A DNA stretch of 64,000 nucleotides from an uncultured delta proteobacterium (GTDB lineage: Bacteria; Desulfobacterota; Desulfobacteria; Desulfobacterales; B30-G6). The notes under the pieces were generated by a model, which worked only from the letters and a program-made list of their open reading frames with translations, was not told the DNA's origin and made no database searches. Where the stretch lies: contig CAWGLD010000004.1 in NCBI GenBank assembly GCA_963823335.1, positions 494,817 through 558,816 on the forward strand, in the 5' to 3' direction. Below are positions 32,308-42,535 of this stretch, one piece after another; within the stretch, counting starts at the first letter, position 1; each line of letters begins with the position of its first letter. Position numbers and translations under genes: made by a program.

Positions 32308-33750
32308 CTAATTTTCGTGACTGGAAATGTTTTCAAGCCTTTCCAACAGTCTTGCATGAATATTGTCGAACCCACCGTTGGACATCACCAGAATCACGTC
32401 ACCGGGGCGGGTCATTTTTGTTAGAAAGTCGATAATCTCCTCCGTGTTTTCGAAGTAGTCCGCATCCAGACCGCGCTTGTTGAGATCTGACACGAGCTGT
32501 TGCGATGAAAAACGTTCTCCGATAGGAATCTTTTCCAGCAGTGCGGGTCTGCGGATGCACACCTTATCCGCACCGTCAAAGGCTTCTGGATACACATCCT
32601 GAAAAATGTTGCGCATACTGGTGTTGGTCCGGGGTTCGAACACGGCCACGAGACGACTCTCCCGATAATAGCCCTTGATGGCCTGAATGGTTTTTTTTAC
32701 GGCCGTGGGATGGTGGGCAAAATCGTCGATGACGACAATCCCGTTCTTTGTTCCCCGGACTTCCTGGCGCCGTTTCACGCCCTTGAAGCTCTGGAGGGCT
32801 TTTTGAATGAGCTGCCCGGGTATGTTGAGTCGATCTGCCACGGCAATCGCGGCCAGGGTATTGGACAGGTTGTGGTCACCCGGCATGGGGGATTGAAAAC
32901 GTCCATAGAACTGTCCGGATTTGTATACATCGAAAATCGTCCAGGGAGGGTCGATACGAACCGGTTTGATGACCCAGTCACCTCCTTCGTTGCCATAGCG
33001 GTATACCTTGCAGGGGGCTGCCTGGATCACGTCGTCCACATTGCGGTCGTGCTGAAAGGCAACCAGGGTTGCATCTTTTTTCAGACCGGAAACAAAACTC
33101 GAAAAAGCTTTCTTGATATGATTCAGATCTTTGAAGATGTCGGCGTGATCGAACTCCACACCGGTGAGAACCGCGATGGTCGGATCATAATGCAGGAACT
33201 TGGGCCCTTTGTCGAAAAAGGCCGTGTCGTACTCATCCCCTTCCACCACCAGAAAATCACCGGCACCCAGGAAATAGTTGCTGTCGAAATTTGCCAGGAT
33301 ACCGCCTATCACAAAAGAAGCCCCCATGCCGGCGCTGTGAAGCAGCCAGGCGATCAGGGAAGACGTGGTTGTTTTGCCATGGGTTCCGGTAACGATGATG
33401 GTCTGTTTCCCTTTTCCGGCAAAAGCGTTGACAGCCTGGGGCATGGAACAGAAATTCAGTCCCATCCGACCCATCTCCACCACCTCGGGGTTGTCCTTCG
33501 ACACCGCATTTCCCACCACCACCAGGTCAGGTCCATATACAAGATTTTCAGGTCGGAAGCCCTGGGACAGGGTGATCCCCTTCTGCTGAAGAAAGGTGCT
33601 CATGGGCGGGTAGACATGTTGATCCGAACCCGTCACAGTATAGCCCAGCTCTTTGAGCAGGCAGGCCAGTGCCCCCATACCCGTGCCGCAAACCGCTATC
33701 AGGTGAATGCTTTGAACATCTTCTGGGATTTTGTTGTTTTCCAAGTTCAT
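32308..33750 (-). CDS. mpl: Murein peptide ligase Mpl
   Basis: IAVCGTGMG, VYPPMS, GTHGKTTT, EGDEYDTAFFDK, DDFAHHPT, MSNGGF. Confidence 0.88.
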   Translation of the reverse strand: MNLENNKIPEDVQSIHLIAVCGTGMGALACLLKELGYTVTGSDQHVYPPMSTFLQQKGITLSQGFRPENLVYGPDLVVVGNAVSKDNPEVVEMGRMGLNFCSMPQAVNAFAGKGKQTIIVTGTHGKTTTSSLIAWLLHSAGMGASFVIGGILANFDSNYFLGAGDFLVVEGDEYDTAFFDKGPKFLHYDPTIAVLTGVEFDHADIFKDLNHIKKAFSSFVSGLKKDATLVAFQHDRNVDDVIQAAPCKVYRYGNEGGDWVIKPVRIDPPWTIFDVYKSGQFYGRFQSPMPGDHNLSNTLAAIAVADRLNIPGQLIQKALQSFKGVKRRQEVRGTKNGIVVIDDFAHHPTAVKKTIQAIKGYYRESRLVAVFEPRTNTSMRNIFQDVYPEAFDGADKVCIRRPALLEKIPIGERFSSQQLVSDLNKRGLDADYFENTEEIIDFLTKMTRPGDVILVMSNGGFDNIHARLLERLENISSHEN

Positions 33751-33807
33751 AAATAAAGTCATTCCAAGAGTTTATGAAATGCGACGTTGTCGCTCTATTA
33801 GAGATTT

Positions 33808-33859
33808 TACTCCAATTGAAGAACCTCGCAGCCTGCTGCGAGGTTCTTCAATTGGAGTA
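33808..33859. repeat. Perfect 25-bp-arm palindrome built from the REP-like family end
   Basis: TACTCCAATTGAAGAACCTCGCAGC-CT-GCTGCGAGGTTCTTCAATTGGAGTA. Confidence 0.9.
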
Positions 33860-33869
33860 TTATGCACAC

Positions 33870-34015
33870 TATAAGCTATCGAAAAAATAGGATTTTGGTC
33901 CAAGGTCAAGGCGGGCGAGTGTTTCAATCCGGAGGAATACTTTTGTATTTTGAGGAGTTGAAACACGAACCCAACGCAGGGATTGGGCCAAAGGACATTT
34001 TTTCGATGGCTTCTA
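33870..34015. mobile_element. MITE, same family as 7641-7839
   Basis: TATAAGCTATCGAAAAAAT ... ATTTTTTCGATGGCTTCTA. The reverse complement aligns with the 7641 copy (TTTGGCCCAAT, TTCAACTCCTC, CCTTGA.CTTG). Confidence 0.78.
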
Positions 34016-36772
34016 GGGGCGCACAGCCCGCACAGAGCCACACGCCTCCACATCATGGGTGACTTTCCTGAACACCGTTTCCTGCTTGGCTGACACGGTA
34101 TTGACGATGTATGAATACCCTTTGGCGAAAATTTCCGACGTCCAGTACCACTCGGCACCGCTGTCAGGAAAATAGGGTTTGTTCTTGTAAATACCTGCCA
34201 GTTCCGCAGAGGTGGGCAGCCGCCAATCGTCGTGACTGTCGTACCTCAGTTCCTTGACATACCGCCTCGCTGATCTGTGATCCATACAGGCACCGAGCTC
34301 ACGCTGAGAATCGAGCAGACTCCACATGAGCCCGGTTCTTTGATCCATCACAGAGTTGTCTCCAGCTAGAACAAAGCGCCCTTCCGTCTCAGCCAGGGCC
34401 GCAACGGCTTTCTGTTTTTCACGCCTGACCCGGTCCAGCTCAGTCTGTCGTTTTACCAGGGCGGCATATTGTTCCTGGACTTCTTTTTTGGCCGTCTCTT
34501 CTGAACTCAGACTTTTGATGGACTGTTCACGCTCAGAAGAACGTATGTCGGCTTCCTTTTGCAGGGATTCCAGGATTTCTAGGGCTTCCGGACCATAACG
34601 ACTGGTGCTGTTCTGGGAAATATATTTCTCGATCCTGTCGATTTTTGCCTGCAGACTCAGACCGGAACCTTGCATGCTTTTCTTGAGCGACGCCCATTGG
34701 CGCCCTGTTGCGACATCCAGATCCATCTGCTGGAGATTTTTTTTGATTGCTTCATTATTGGGAGAATCGGGATAGGTTGTCATGTATGCCATGTACAAAC
34801 GCCTGACGGCATCATCCTCCACCCCCTGGGCCTGCGTCTGCAAAATAGAATAATCCTTTTGCATCTGCATACGGTGCTGTATACTCTTTATCTCACGGGT
34901 ATCGAGATAGCCTGAAAAATCTGTCAGGTAGTCGTCACATATGGCCAGGCACGTGTCCCACTCGGCATCCCGCTCACAGATCGTGATCTCTTTTTTGAAG
35001 TTCATATAAGACTCGCCCAGGGTCTCCGAAAACATCTGTTTCACGGCATCACGGTGTCTGCCCTGGGGATAGAGAGACAGGTAGTTTCTGTAGGAATCAA
35101 TCTTCTGAATATAGTTCTTTTCCCCTATATTTCTCAAGTTGCTGAAAACGATATCTTCCGACAAACCGGATATCTCGGATACGGCTCGTTGAATATCTTC
35201 TGCATGTGGCGTATTGGGATACTTTTCCAGAAACCGAGTGTAGAGTGTCTTGGCGTTTTTCTCGAAGGCCTCGTCAATGGGTAGTTTATTGACCGCATCG
35301 ATGGTCTTTTGATAATTGACATCCTCGTTCTGCAGCCAGATTTCCTGAAGCTTCATTTCGGCCCTGCTGGTATTCTCTCCAAGCTCATGCGTATTGATGA
35401 AATCCATCAGCAGTTTTTCCTGCGCATCTGCATCTTTGAGCCGTGCCACCTTTGTCATGAGTTGCTCAAAATCACTGATACCGGCCGATCCCTTTATCCC
35501 CTGGAAAATAAAATACCCGGCAACACACAGAACCAGGACCGCCAGTACGGCCAGCATGGCAACCTTATTTTTCGGTATTAAACCGACGGCCGATTTGTCA
35601 ACGACCCGACGTTTTAGGGGCCGAGATGCCTCCTTCTGAATCAAGGTGCTATCGATAGCATCATCCGCTTCGGGTGCTTTTTTCTGTGGTTCAGGGGGGC
35701 TCTCTTCTACGGGTCCGGGCAAATGCCTGTCAGGGCTTTCTTTTTCCGGGGCGACGTTTACCTTGTCCCGTTCTACATCCGGTTCCGGTTTTTTCGGCTT
35801 AGGTGCCGATGGCGCCGGCGCTGCCTTTTTATCACTCCTTTGGGGTGTACTTTCCGGGGGCACCACAGGGGGGTCGGCTTCTCTCCGGTCCGGACTTTCC
35901 GTTTCTTTCTCTTGTGCTGTTTTCCCTATTGTTTTTTTCGGTGGTGCATCTTTTTCAAATTCCAGCTGATCCTTCTGCCGCATGCTGTCCATGAGCAGGT
36001 GCCTCAGGGGCAACTTAATTTCATTCTTGGTTCGACCCACTGTCTTGAGAATTTCGATTGCGGGATTGTCCCAGCCAAGAATGGCATAGGCCGCGTCTTT
36101 GTGTTTCAATTCATCGGTTTCTGCGTCGATGAGGTTCCCGTTGAGAAGATGCAGCATACCGGTGTTACCCCCGGAACTGATCCGCAACGAACACGTGGAT
36201 CCCTCCATTTCCGACATCTGCAAAAACGATGGCAGGCTGATTCCCTGCACCTGGCCGGCAAGACCGCTTTCCACCTCTTCCGATACCCGCTGGGTAATGG
36301 TTTCCGTTACCAGTTTTTCCAATTTTTCAGAATCATCGTCCGACATGACAGGGTTGCACAAACCCAGATGCACGGTAATGACATTGACTTTTCTCTGCCA
36401 CGGGAAAAGAGCGCCATAGAGCTCGCTCTGGCCGATTTTTTTGAGGAACAGCGTCTGGTCCTGCTTGACACCCCCCAGATAGCTGATGGTGAAGTTGTCA
36501 TTTAGATCACTTGGGAGCGGTGCCCCTGCCTGTTTGGCAGGTTCACCAAAAAAAACACCCAGAGCCGCCTCGAGAGCCGCCATCTCTTTTTCTTTGGAAA
36601 TGGCATGGTAAAGGCTTATACCATCCTCGGACACCCGGCGATCCATTTGCGGTAGCTTGTCCAGCGTGTCGACAAGTTCCAGAAATGCGGTCAGTTGGTC
36701 CAGATTCTCTTTGAGAACTTCGAGTTCCGGTCCGCCGTCATCCAGTATTTCCAGTATGGTGTCCTGGTCCAT
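34013..36772 (-). CDS. Membrane-anchored multidomain protein: DUF4388/PATAN-like, Pro-rich linker, TM, helical repeats, DUF1566 (Lcl C-terminal)
   Basis: LAGQVQGISLPSFLQM..G.L.L.NG.LIDA, F/YL..YP repeats, DQRTGLMW, DDWRLPT..EL, YWTS. Confidence 0.75.
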   Translation of the reverse strand: MDQDTILEILDDGGPELEVLKENLDQLTAFLELVDTLDKLPQMDRRVSEDGISLYHAISKEKEMAALEAALGVFFGEPAKQAGAPLPSDLNDNFTISYLGGVKQDQTLFLKKIGQSELYGALFPWQRKVNVITVHLGLCNPVMSDDDSEKLEKLVTETITQRVSEEVESGLAGQVQGISLPSFLQMSEMEGSTCSLRISSGGNTGMLHLLNGNLIDAETDELKHKDAAYAILGWDNPAIEILKTVGRTKNEIKLPLRHLLMDSMRQKDQLEFEKDAPPKKTIGKTAQEKETESPDRREADPPVVPPESTPQRSDKKAAPAPSAPKPKKPEPDVERDKVNVAPEKESPDRHLPGPVEESPPEPQKKAPEADDAIDSTLIQKEASRPLKRRVVDKSAVGLIPKNKVAMLAVLAVLVLCVAGYFIFQGIKGSAGISDFEQLMTKVARLKDADAQEKLLMDFINTHELGENTSRAEMKLQEIWLQNEDVNYQKTIDAVNKLPIDEAFEKNAKTLYTRFLEKYPNTPHAEDIQRAVSEISGLSEDIVFSNLRNIGEKNYIQKIDSYRNYLSLYPQGRHRDAVKQMFSETLGESYMNFKKEITICERDAEWDTCLAICDDYLTDFSGYLDTREIKSIQHRMQMQKDYSILQTQAQGVEDDAVRRLYMAYMTTYPDSPNNEAIKKNLQQMDLDVATGRQWASLKKSMQGSGLSLQAKIDRIEKYISQNSTSRYGPEALEILESLQKEADIRSSEREQSIKSLSSEETAKKEVQEQYAALVKRQTELDRVRREKQKAVAALAETEGRFVLAGDNSVMDQRTGLMWSLLDSQRELGACMDHRSARRYVKELRYDSHDDWRLPTSAELAGIYKNKPYFPDSGAEWYWTSEIFAKGYSYIVNTVSAKQETVFRKVTHDVEACGSVRAVRP

Positions 36773-36773
36773 A

Positions 36774-36801
36774 GTAAGCTGTAAGCTATAGGCTGTAAGC
36801 T
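36774..36801. repeat. Tandem 7-mer repeat x4
   Basis: GTAAGCT GTAAGCT ATAGGCT GTAAGCT. Confidence 0.8.
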
Positions 36802-36816
36802 GTTTAAGGCCATCCC

Positions 36817-38103
36817 TTATACGAGGTTTTTAAATACCTTCTCCGCAGCATCGATAGTCTTTTCAATATGTTCTTTCTTATGGGCTGCCGATATAAACAT
36901 GGATTCAAATTGCGATGGGGCCAGATATATCCCCTGCTCGCGCATTCCAGCGTAATATGCGGAAAACATTTCCAGGTTGGAGGTTTTTGCATCCTCTATA
37001 TTTTGAACGGATTGTCGGGTAAAAAACAGCCCCAGAATGGAAGCGACCCTGCAGACCTGGGCGGGAACACCGGTCTTTTCTATAGCGGCGCGCATTCCCT
37101 GCAGCAGACTTTCAGCACCTTGCTCCAGCGATTCATAAAATCCCGGTTGTTTCAGTTCCTTCAACATGGCTATTCCTGCCGACATGGCCAAGGGGTTTCC
37201 GGACAGGGTTCCCGCCTGATAGACCGGTCCTTCCGGAGCGATTCTGGACATGATCTCCCGGCTGCCGCCGTAGGCGCCCACGGGCATTCCCCCGCCGATG
37301 ATCTTTCCCAGCGTGGTAATGTCAGGCATGATGTTGTAGCGTTCCTGGGCCCCGCCGTAGGCCACACGAAAACCGGTAATCACCTCGTCAAAAATCAGGA
37401 GGCTGCCGGCCGCATGCGTCAGCTCTCGCAAGGCCTCCAGAAACCCTTGTGCGGGTGGTACCAATCCCATGTTGCCTGCCACGGGCTCGACAATCACACA
37501 GGCCACATCAGACCCCTTTTCCTGCATCACACGGCTGATCTGAGGGATGTCGTTGTAAGGAAGAGACAGGGTCTTTTCGGCAAAGCACTCTGGAACGCCC
37601 GGGCTGCCGGGTATGCCCAGCGTGGCCACACCCGAGCCTGCTTCCACCAGAAGTGTGTCGGCATGCCCATGATAACAGCCGTCGAACTTGACAATCAGGT
37701 CCCGCCCGGTGACCCCTCTTGCCAGACGGATGGCACTCATGGTGGCCTCGGTGCCGGAATTGACAAAGCGCACCATTTCCATGGACGGGACTGCCGCCAC
37801 CACCATCTGCGCCAGTTCGATTTCAAGATCCGTGGGTGCGCCAAAACTGGTACCCCGCTTCATGCTTGAAGCAATGGCATTCAGTACGGCAGGGTGGCGA
37901 TGTCCCAGGATCATGGGTCCCCAGGATCCCACATAATCGATATAGCCGTTTCCGTCTGCATCGTAAATCATGCAACCGTCCGCCCTGTCGATGAACAGGG
38001 GCTCGCATCCCACAGACTTGCAGGCCCGCACCGGGCTGTTCACGCCCCCGGGAATGACTTTGACGGCCTGCTCAAATAAAGAACGTGATTTTTGATAGGT
38101 CAT
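36817..38103 (-). CDS. hemL: Glutamate-1-semialdehyde 2,1-aminomutase
   Basis: [45 protein letters not shown]. Confidence 0.97.
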   Translation of the reverse strand: MTYQKSRSLFEQAVKVIPGGVNSPVRACKSVGCEPLFIDRADGCMIYDADGNGYIDYVGSWGPMILGHRHPAVLNAIASSMKRGTSFGAPTDLEIELAQMVVAAVPSMEMVRFVNSGTEATMSAIRLARGVTGRDLIVKFDGCYHGHADTLLVEAGSGVATLGIPGSPGVPECFAEKTLSLPYNDIPQISRVMQEKGSDVACVIVEPVAGNMGLVPPAQGFLEALRELTHAAGSLLIFDEVITGFRVAYGGAQERYNIMPDITTLGKIIGGGMPVGAYGGSREIMSRIAPEGPVYQAGTLSGNPLAMSAGIAMLKELKQPGFYESLEQGAESLLQGMRAAIEKTGVPAQVCRVASILGLFFTRQSVQNIEDAKTSNLEMFSAYYAGMREQGIYLAPSQFESMFISAAHKKEHIEKTIDAAEKVFKNLV

Positions 38104-38362
38104 GAATTGCAACTCCTCTTCATAAATCCATTCATTACCGAATAGATCATATGCGGCTCTGCCGCTTTTAGCGCAAGCAAACCATCCATAGTTATTTATA
38201 CGGCTTTTAATCTTGCAACAGTTTTATTTATCAGAGACATGAAATCAGGTCAAGCATCCTGATTTCGTTCATAGTTCCGAAAATTTTTATTTATATTGAA
38301 ATCTGACAGCTATCACCATAAAATAAAGGGTATGAAACTTTACAAGGAGACGTTTCCCGCCA

Positions 38363-39094
38363 ATGCATGATCTGAAAAAACAGGCCAGGTTCCTCAAATA
38401 CATGCTGGGATTGAGACCGGACGAATTCGGCCTGGTACCGGACAAGGAGGGCTATGTCAAAATCAAGGATTTGCTCAAGGCCGTCCATGAAGAAGATGAG
38501 TGGCGGTCCTTTCGCCAGGCGAATATCAACGAGATGATGGTCTCCCTGACGGACCCGCCCTTTGAAATCAGTGAAAACCGTATTCGCGCCAAAGATACCC
38601 AGCAGATCCCCAAACGGGTGTCACCGGAAAACCTGCCCAAACTGCTGTTTACCTGTCTGCGCCCCAACGCGTTGCACACGCTTGCCGAAAAGGGGATCCT
38701 GCCCATGGGACGCAAGCATGTGATCCTCTCCTCTGACAAAAACATGGCCAAAAGGATTGGCATGCGCATCCATGCGTCACCGGCGCTGATAACCGTCATC
38801 GCCGACAACGCCATAAAGCGGGGAACCCTCTTTTTACAGGCCGGTGAGAATCTATTCCTGGCCAGAAGCATCCCCGTGGAATGTTTCACGACACCACCCC
38901 TGCCCAAAGAACCGCGGCTGACAAAACTCAAAGAGCCTCCCAAGCCTAAAGAAAGGGACAGATTCCCCGGCAGTTTTTTCCCGGACCTGACCGAGCAGAT
39001 CGAAACCGTCGAACCCAAAAAATTGACCCGCAAGCAACGCCGGGAAAAGGACATCGAATGGAAGAAATCGCGCAAACAGACGCGGCGGCGGTGA
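38363..39094 (+). CDS. RNA 2'-phosphotransferase (Tpt1/KptA)-like protein, divergent, with basic C-terminal tail
   Basis: PDEFGLVPDKEGYV.I.DLL, RIRA, GILPMGRKHVILS..A..IG.R, LARSIP. Confidence 0.75.
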   Translation: MHDLKKQARFLKYMLGLRPDEFGLVPDKEGYVKIKDLLKAVHEEDEWRSFRQANINEMMVSLTDPPFEISENRIRAKDTQQIPKRVSPENLPKLLFTCLRPNALHTLAEKGILPMGRKHVILSSDKNMAKRIGMRIHASPALITVIADNAIKRGTLFLQAGENLFLARSIPVECFTTPPLPKEPRLTKLKEPPKPKERDRFPGSFFPDLTEQIETVEPKKLTRKQRREKDIEWKKSRKQTRRR

Positions 39095-39326
39095 AATAAA
39101 AACAATCACGAAAACACGAAAACTACAAAAATAAAACGGCAAAGCCGCGCCAGAAAAGAAATTTGAGAATCAAATTTCTTTTTTCTCAAATTTCTTTTTG
39201 ACAACCCGATTCAGGGTTGATATGTGGTTTGTTTGTTTTATGGTTTTAATCTGCGTTTAGCGATTCTTATTGGCAAACATAAAAGCGACCTAGTCGCGCC
39301 ATATGAAAGCGCGCAGCGATTTCATT

Positions 39327-39403
39327 GGGCCGTTAGCTCAACCAGGCAGAGCACCTGACTCTTAATCAGTAGGTTGAAGGTTCGATTCCTTCACGGCCCA
39401 CCA
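39327..39403 (+). tRNA. tRNA-Lys (CTT)
   Basis: GGGCCGT/ACGGCCC acceptor stem, TAGCTCA D arm, CTGA-CTCTTAA-TCAG anticodon arm, GGTTCGATTCC, encoded CCA. Confidence 0.96.
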
Positions 39404-39419
39404 ATTTTTAAAATTATTT

Positions 39420-39488
39420 TAAGCACTTAACGGAATATCGTTAAGTGCTATTTTGTTTTATATCCCTCGGTGCTATGCCGGTGCTATG
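39420..39488. promoter_or_regulatory. Hairpin plus tandem arm-like direct repeats after tRNA-Lys
   Basis: AGCACTTAACG..CGTTAAGTGCT hairpin and CGGTGCTATG twice at 39468-39488. Confidence 0.5.
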
Positions 39489-39568
39489 AGAGCTTTTGAT
39501 TTAGGAACTTTAAATGATAGAGTTAGCAATCAGTTTCGCTAACTTTTCCCCTTACTTTTCACTCCCAG

Positions 39569-39769
39569 TAAGCCATGCCTCCATGCTCATTTGAACTGTA
39601 GTGTATTGATAAAGACCAACATAAAAACCCGAAATCCGTCTCTGGAAATCCGGTTTTCAGATTTTTGGTGCCGTTTCTGATATCTAAAAACACAACTTTT
39701 CAAAAATATGGCTATCTATATGTCAAAGGATGTTATCACAGGTTTGCCTAACCTGTTGATGAGTTGGAG
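39569..39769. repeat. 200-bp dispersed repeat, copy 2
   Basis: Matches 1655-1854 with scattered substitutions and a 1-nt indel. Confidence 0.9.
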
Positions 39770-39794
39770 AATGGATTGTTCGGGGAGAATTTAT

Positions 39795-39993
39795 GACTTG
39801 AAGTCCCTTGTAGATAGCTTTGCGGAGGCTCCGCGAGCTATACCCTTCGGGCTCGCTCGCCTCCCCAAAATCTATCTACAGGAAAGGTACCAGTTAGTGC
39901 AGGTTTCAAAGGCCTTGAAAAATCAGCTCCTTTCATTTCATTTTATTGCTGATTTAGAGCTTATCACATTGTCAAATTTTAGGGGATCACCAT
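39795..39993 (+). mobile_element. Possible IS3-like right-end remnant
   Basis: TGTAGATAG..CTATCTACA hairpin and terminal TGTCAAATTTTAGGGGATCACCA. Similarity to the lipoprotein paralog starts right after it. Confidence 0.35.
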
Positions 39994-40032
39994 CCTTTTC
40001 TGCCTGTTTTGGTCCCCCAACGGGGGGCTAAC

Positions 40033-40123
40033 AATGAGCCTCCCCGGGGCAAGCTCCGGGGTATCAATCTCTCATTTTAGATTTTTTTCGCGGCAAGCCG
40101 CGGGGAATTAAACCCTAATCGAT
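40033..40123. repeat. REP-like double hairpin inserted into a lipoprotein gene
   Basis: CCCCGGGGCAAGCTCCGGGG and CGCGGCAAGCCGCG. Absent from the paralog at 51981-52496. Confidence 0.8.
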
Positions 40124-40570
40124 ATTAACTGTTTTGTCATCAATCATTTTCACCGTTGCCCGCTCCTTCCAGTTTTTCAGCGCATACCAGATACCGATTT
40201 GCCTACCGTCAGGGGTGACTATCTCTGAGCCATTTTGAGTCAGGGGAAAACCATTTCTCGAAGGGTTTAGAATATCAAACCATCTTTTCAGTAAAGTTTG
40301 TGTAAGATCAACGGGTTTCCAAAATTTTGATTCGAGATGATACTCATTTCGAATCCCGATCACGGTTCTCGGTAAAGCATCCGGTCCATTGTAATAGTAA
40401 GTGTGATTCGGCGGTATCTGGTAAGTTTCAAATGCCGTTTTTACCTTATCACTATGAACGAGCTTTCCATAGTTTGCATTTCCAGCACAGCTTGCCACAA
40501 AAACAACAGCAACCGATAATAAAAATAATCTTGTCGTACAATTTGCCCGTAATCGATTTAACATATTCAT
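40115..40570 (-). pseudogene. Lipoprotein, C-terminally truncated by a REP-like insertion
   Basis: Lipobox VASC. Paralog of 51981-52496. Displaced C-terminus VSPPLGDQNRQKR lies at about 39994-40032. Confidence 0.75.
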
Positions 40571-40664
40571 ATCTATCTCCCTCTGTAAAATCCGTGCTTA
40601 AATAGTTTTTATGGGATATCTTGACAGTGTCCTATTTTGTTTTGCCCCACCGGTGATATATGGA

Positions 40665-42444
40665 GAGACTGTCGAAAAAGGCATTTCGGCGAACCGGTTC
40701 ATCGCTCGACATTCTCGATTTCAATAGATCCATCTTTTTTACTTCAAGATGCTATCATATTTTACAGATTCAGCCTACTTATTTGGTCTGTACAGCCTAT
40801 GCATGCCCGTAATTAGCCACTTTCTCTATATTGTGTACCATGCAGTACAGCAACCACTGAATATTTACCTTTATCTTTCCCCTTAAGTTAAGCCTGTCCA
40901 TTCGTTTTTGGATGTGGATGTTTCCAAATACAGGTTCAACGATGGCAATTCTTCGCGGATAGATTTTACGACCTTTTTCAGATTCAATCTTCTTGATCAT
41001 TTCATGGGATATATTCTTGCCAGACGCATCCACATAGAATGTAAAATGTCGTTGTTTAGCATCTTCATACCTAAGACACTTAGCCCTGAGTCGACAGGAC
41101 CTACAATCTATCTCCCGAGAAATATATCTTTTTAAAAGTTTGCCCCTATGTAAACCAGGTTTCCCATTTCTCTTAAGCCGCTTACCATTTGGGCAAACAT
41201 AGTGGTCCTGCTTGCGGTCATGCTTAAAATCTGCAAATGTAAACTTTTTAGAGTTTGACTGATTGTTTATCCGACTTGAGAACCTCTCATCTCGATTACG
41301 GAATTTGTTGTCTGGAATATAGGCATCTAATTTTTCATCACTGCATTTATTAATATTCGTTACGCTGTGATAACTTGCATCGGCTGTTAATATCTTATCT
41401 TCGAAATAGTCCTCTGGCTTGCCGATGCTTTGAAGTTATTCTTTGGCACCATCAATCACAGGAGGCAGATTTTCATGATCAAGCCCTTTCCCTATTGCCT
41501 CGCCATTAACAATTACCTGGTGCTTGGAATCGACTAACGCCTGACAGTTATATCCCTGAACAGTTCCGTGTGAGGTATGCATTTTAACAGAATCGTTGTC
41601 AGTTACATTGCTGTGAAGTTCTTTTCCATAGGCACCAATTATTTTGTCGTTTTCTGAAAACCATTGCTCAATCTTTTCAGCCTGCCGCTTAAGTCTCTCA
41701 ATTTGTTTGTCACGATTTGCAGCCATCTGAGTCTTGGCCCTATCGTCTGATTGGTCTTTTTCAAGATGATCTCGAACGAACGACTTAATCTTATGTTCAA
41801 GCTTTTCTTTCTTTTTCTTCAAATCATCTATTTTCCCACTACATTCTTGGGATGCATTGGACGATAGCTTGCAGCCATCAATGGCAAAGAAGGTTCCGCC
41901 TAAAAGATTCTCTTGCTCGCATACTAAAAGAATATCGCTGAACAGAGGTTGAATTTGATCTTCCATAGAAGAAACGAATGAAGCAATGGTGCTGTGATCA
42001 GGACGTTGGTTGCATGACATCGCCATAAAAGTCACATTCTCACAACATGCTCGTTCGATTTGGCGTGATGATATCAACCCACGTGAATAAGCAAGCAAGA
42101 CAACTTTCAGTAGTATCTTAGGATTATAGGCACTGCGGCCGGTATCGTCGTTTTGATACCTCGTATCAAATACGGACATATCCATCCGCCGTTCCACAAG
42201 GGTGTGGATGGCGAACTCTAACGTCCCTGGCATCAATTGTTTTTGGAGGGAAACAGGTATCAATAAACTTTGAGAGTAGTCGTAGTGCTTATACTTTGCC
42301 ATGCCTAATTCCTGTATGTTTGGCCATTGTCATTTGCTCATTTACCTAAACAATGACTAGCATAACGGTAGGATATGTCAACGGTTTATAGAGATAATTA
42401 TACATCTTTTAAGGTTAGATAGGAGGATCTTTTTCGACAGTCTC
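40665..42444 (-). mobile_element. IS1182-family insertion sequence
   Basis: Perfect 16-bp TIR GAGACTGTCGAAAAAG / CTTTTTCGACAGTCTC with GGA on both flanks. Confidence 0.92.
40797..42302 (-). pseudogene. IS1182 transposase with one in-frame TAA at 41436-41438
   Basis: GRSAYNP, SSRQIE, PDHSTI, AIDG, GYN, then in the same frame ADASY, YVCPNGK, VEPVFGNI, HNI. Confidence 0.9.
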
Positions 42445-42535
42445 GGAGACAATCACCGGTTGAGACCGAGTTCATATATCATCAGTATCACAGTCTTATT
42501 AGTTGGGATAGGGCAACAGTAAAGGAAGATGGGCT

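Noticed and set aside
32710-33756. 348-aa plus-strand ORF
   Set aside because: Antisense shadow of mpl.
36868-37869. 333-aa plus-strand ORF
   Set aside because: Antisense shadow of hemL.
39708-40031. 107-aa ORF after tRNA-Lys as a possible integrase fragment
   Set aside because: It is a chimera of the 200-bp repeat, an IS-like end and antisense lipoprotein sequence, with no tyrosine recombinase motifs.
41436-41438. Recoded stop in the transposase
   Set aside because: It is TAA at a non-catalytic position, so a simple nonsense mutation or sequencing error rather than Sec/Pyl.
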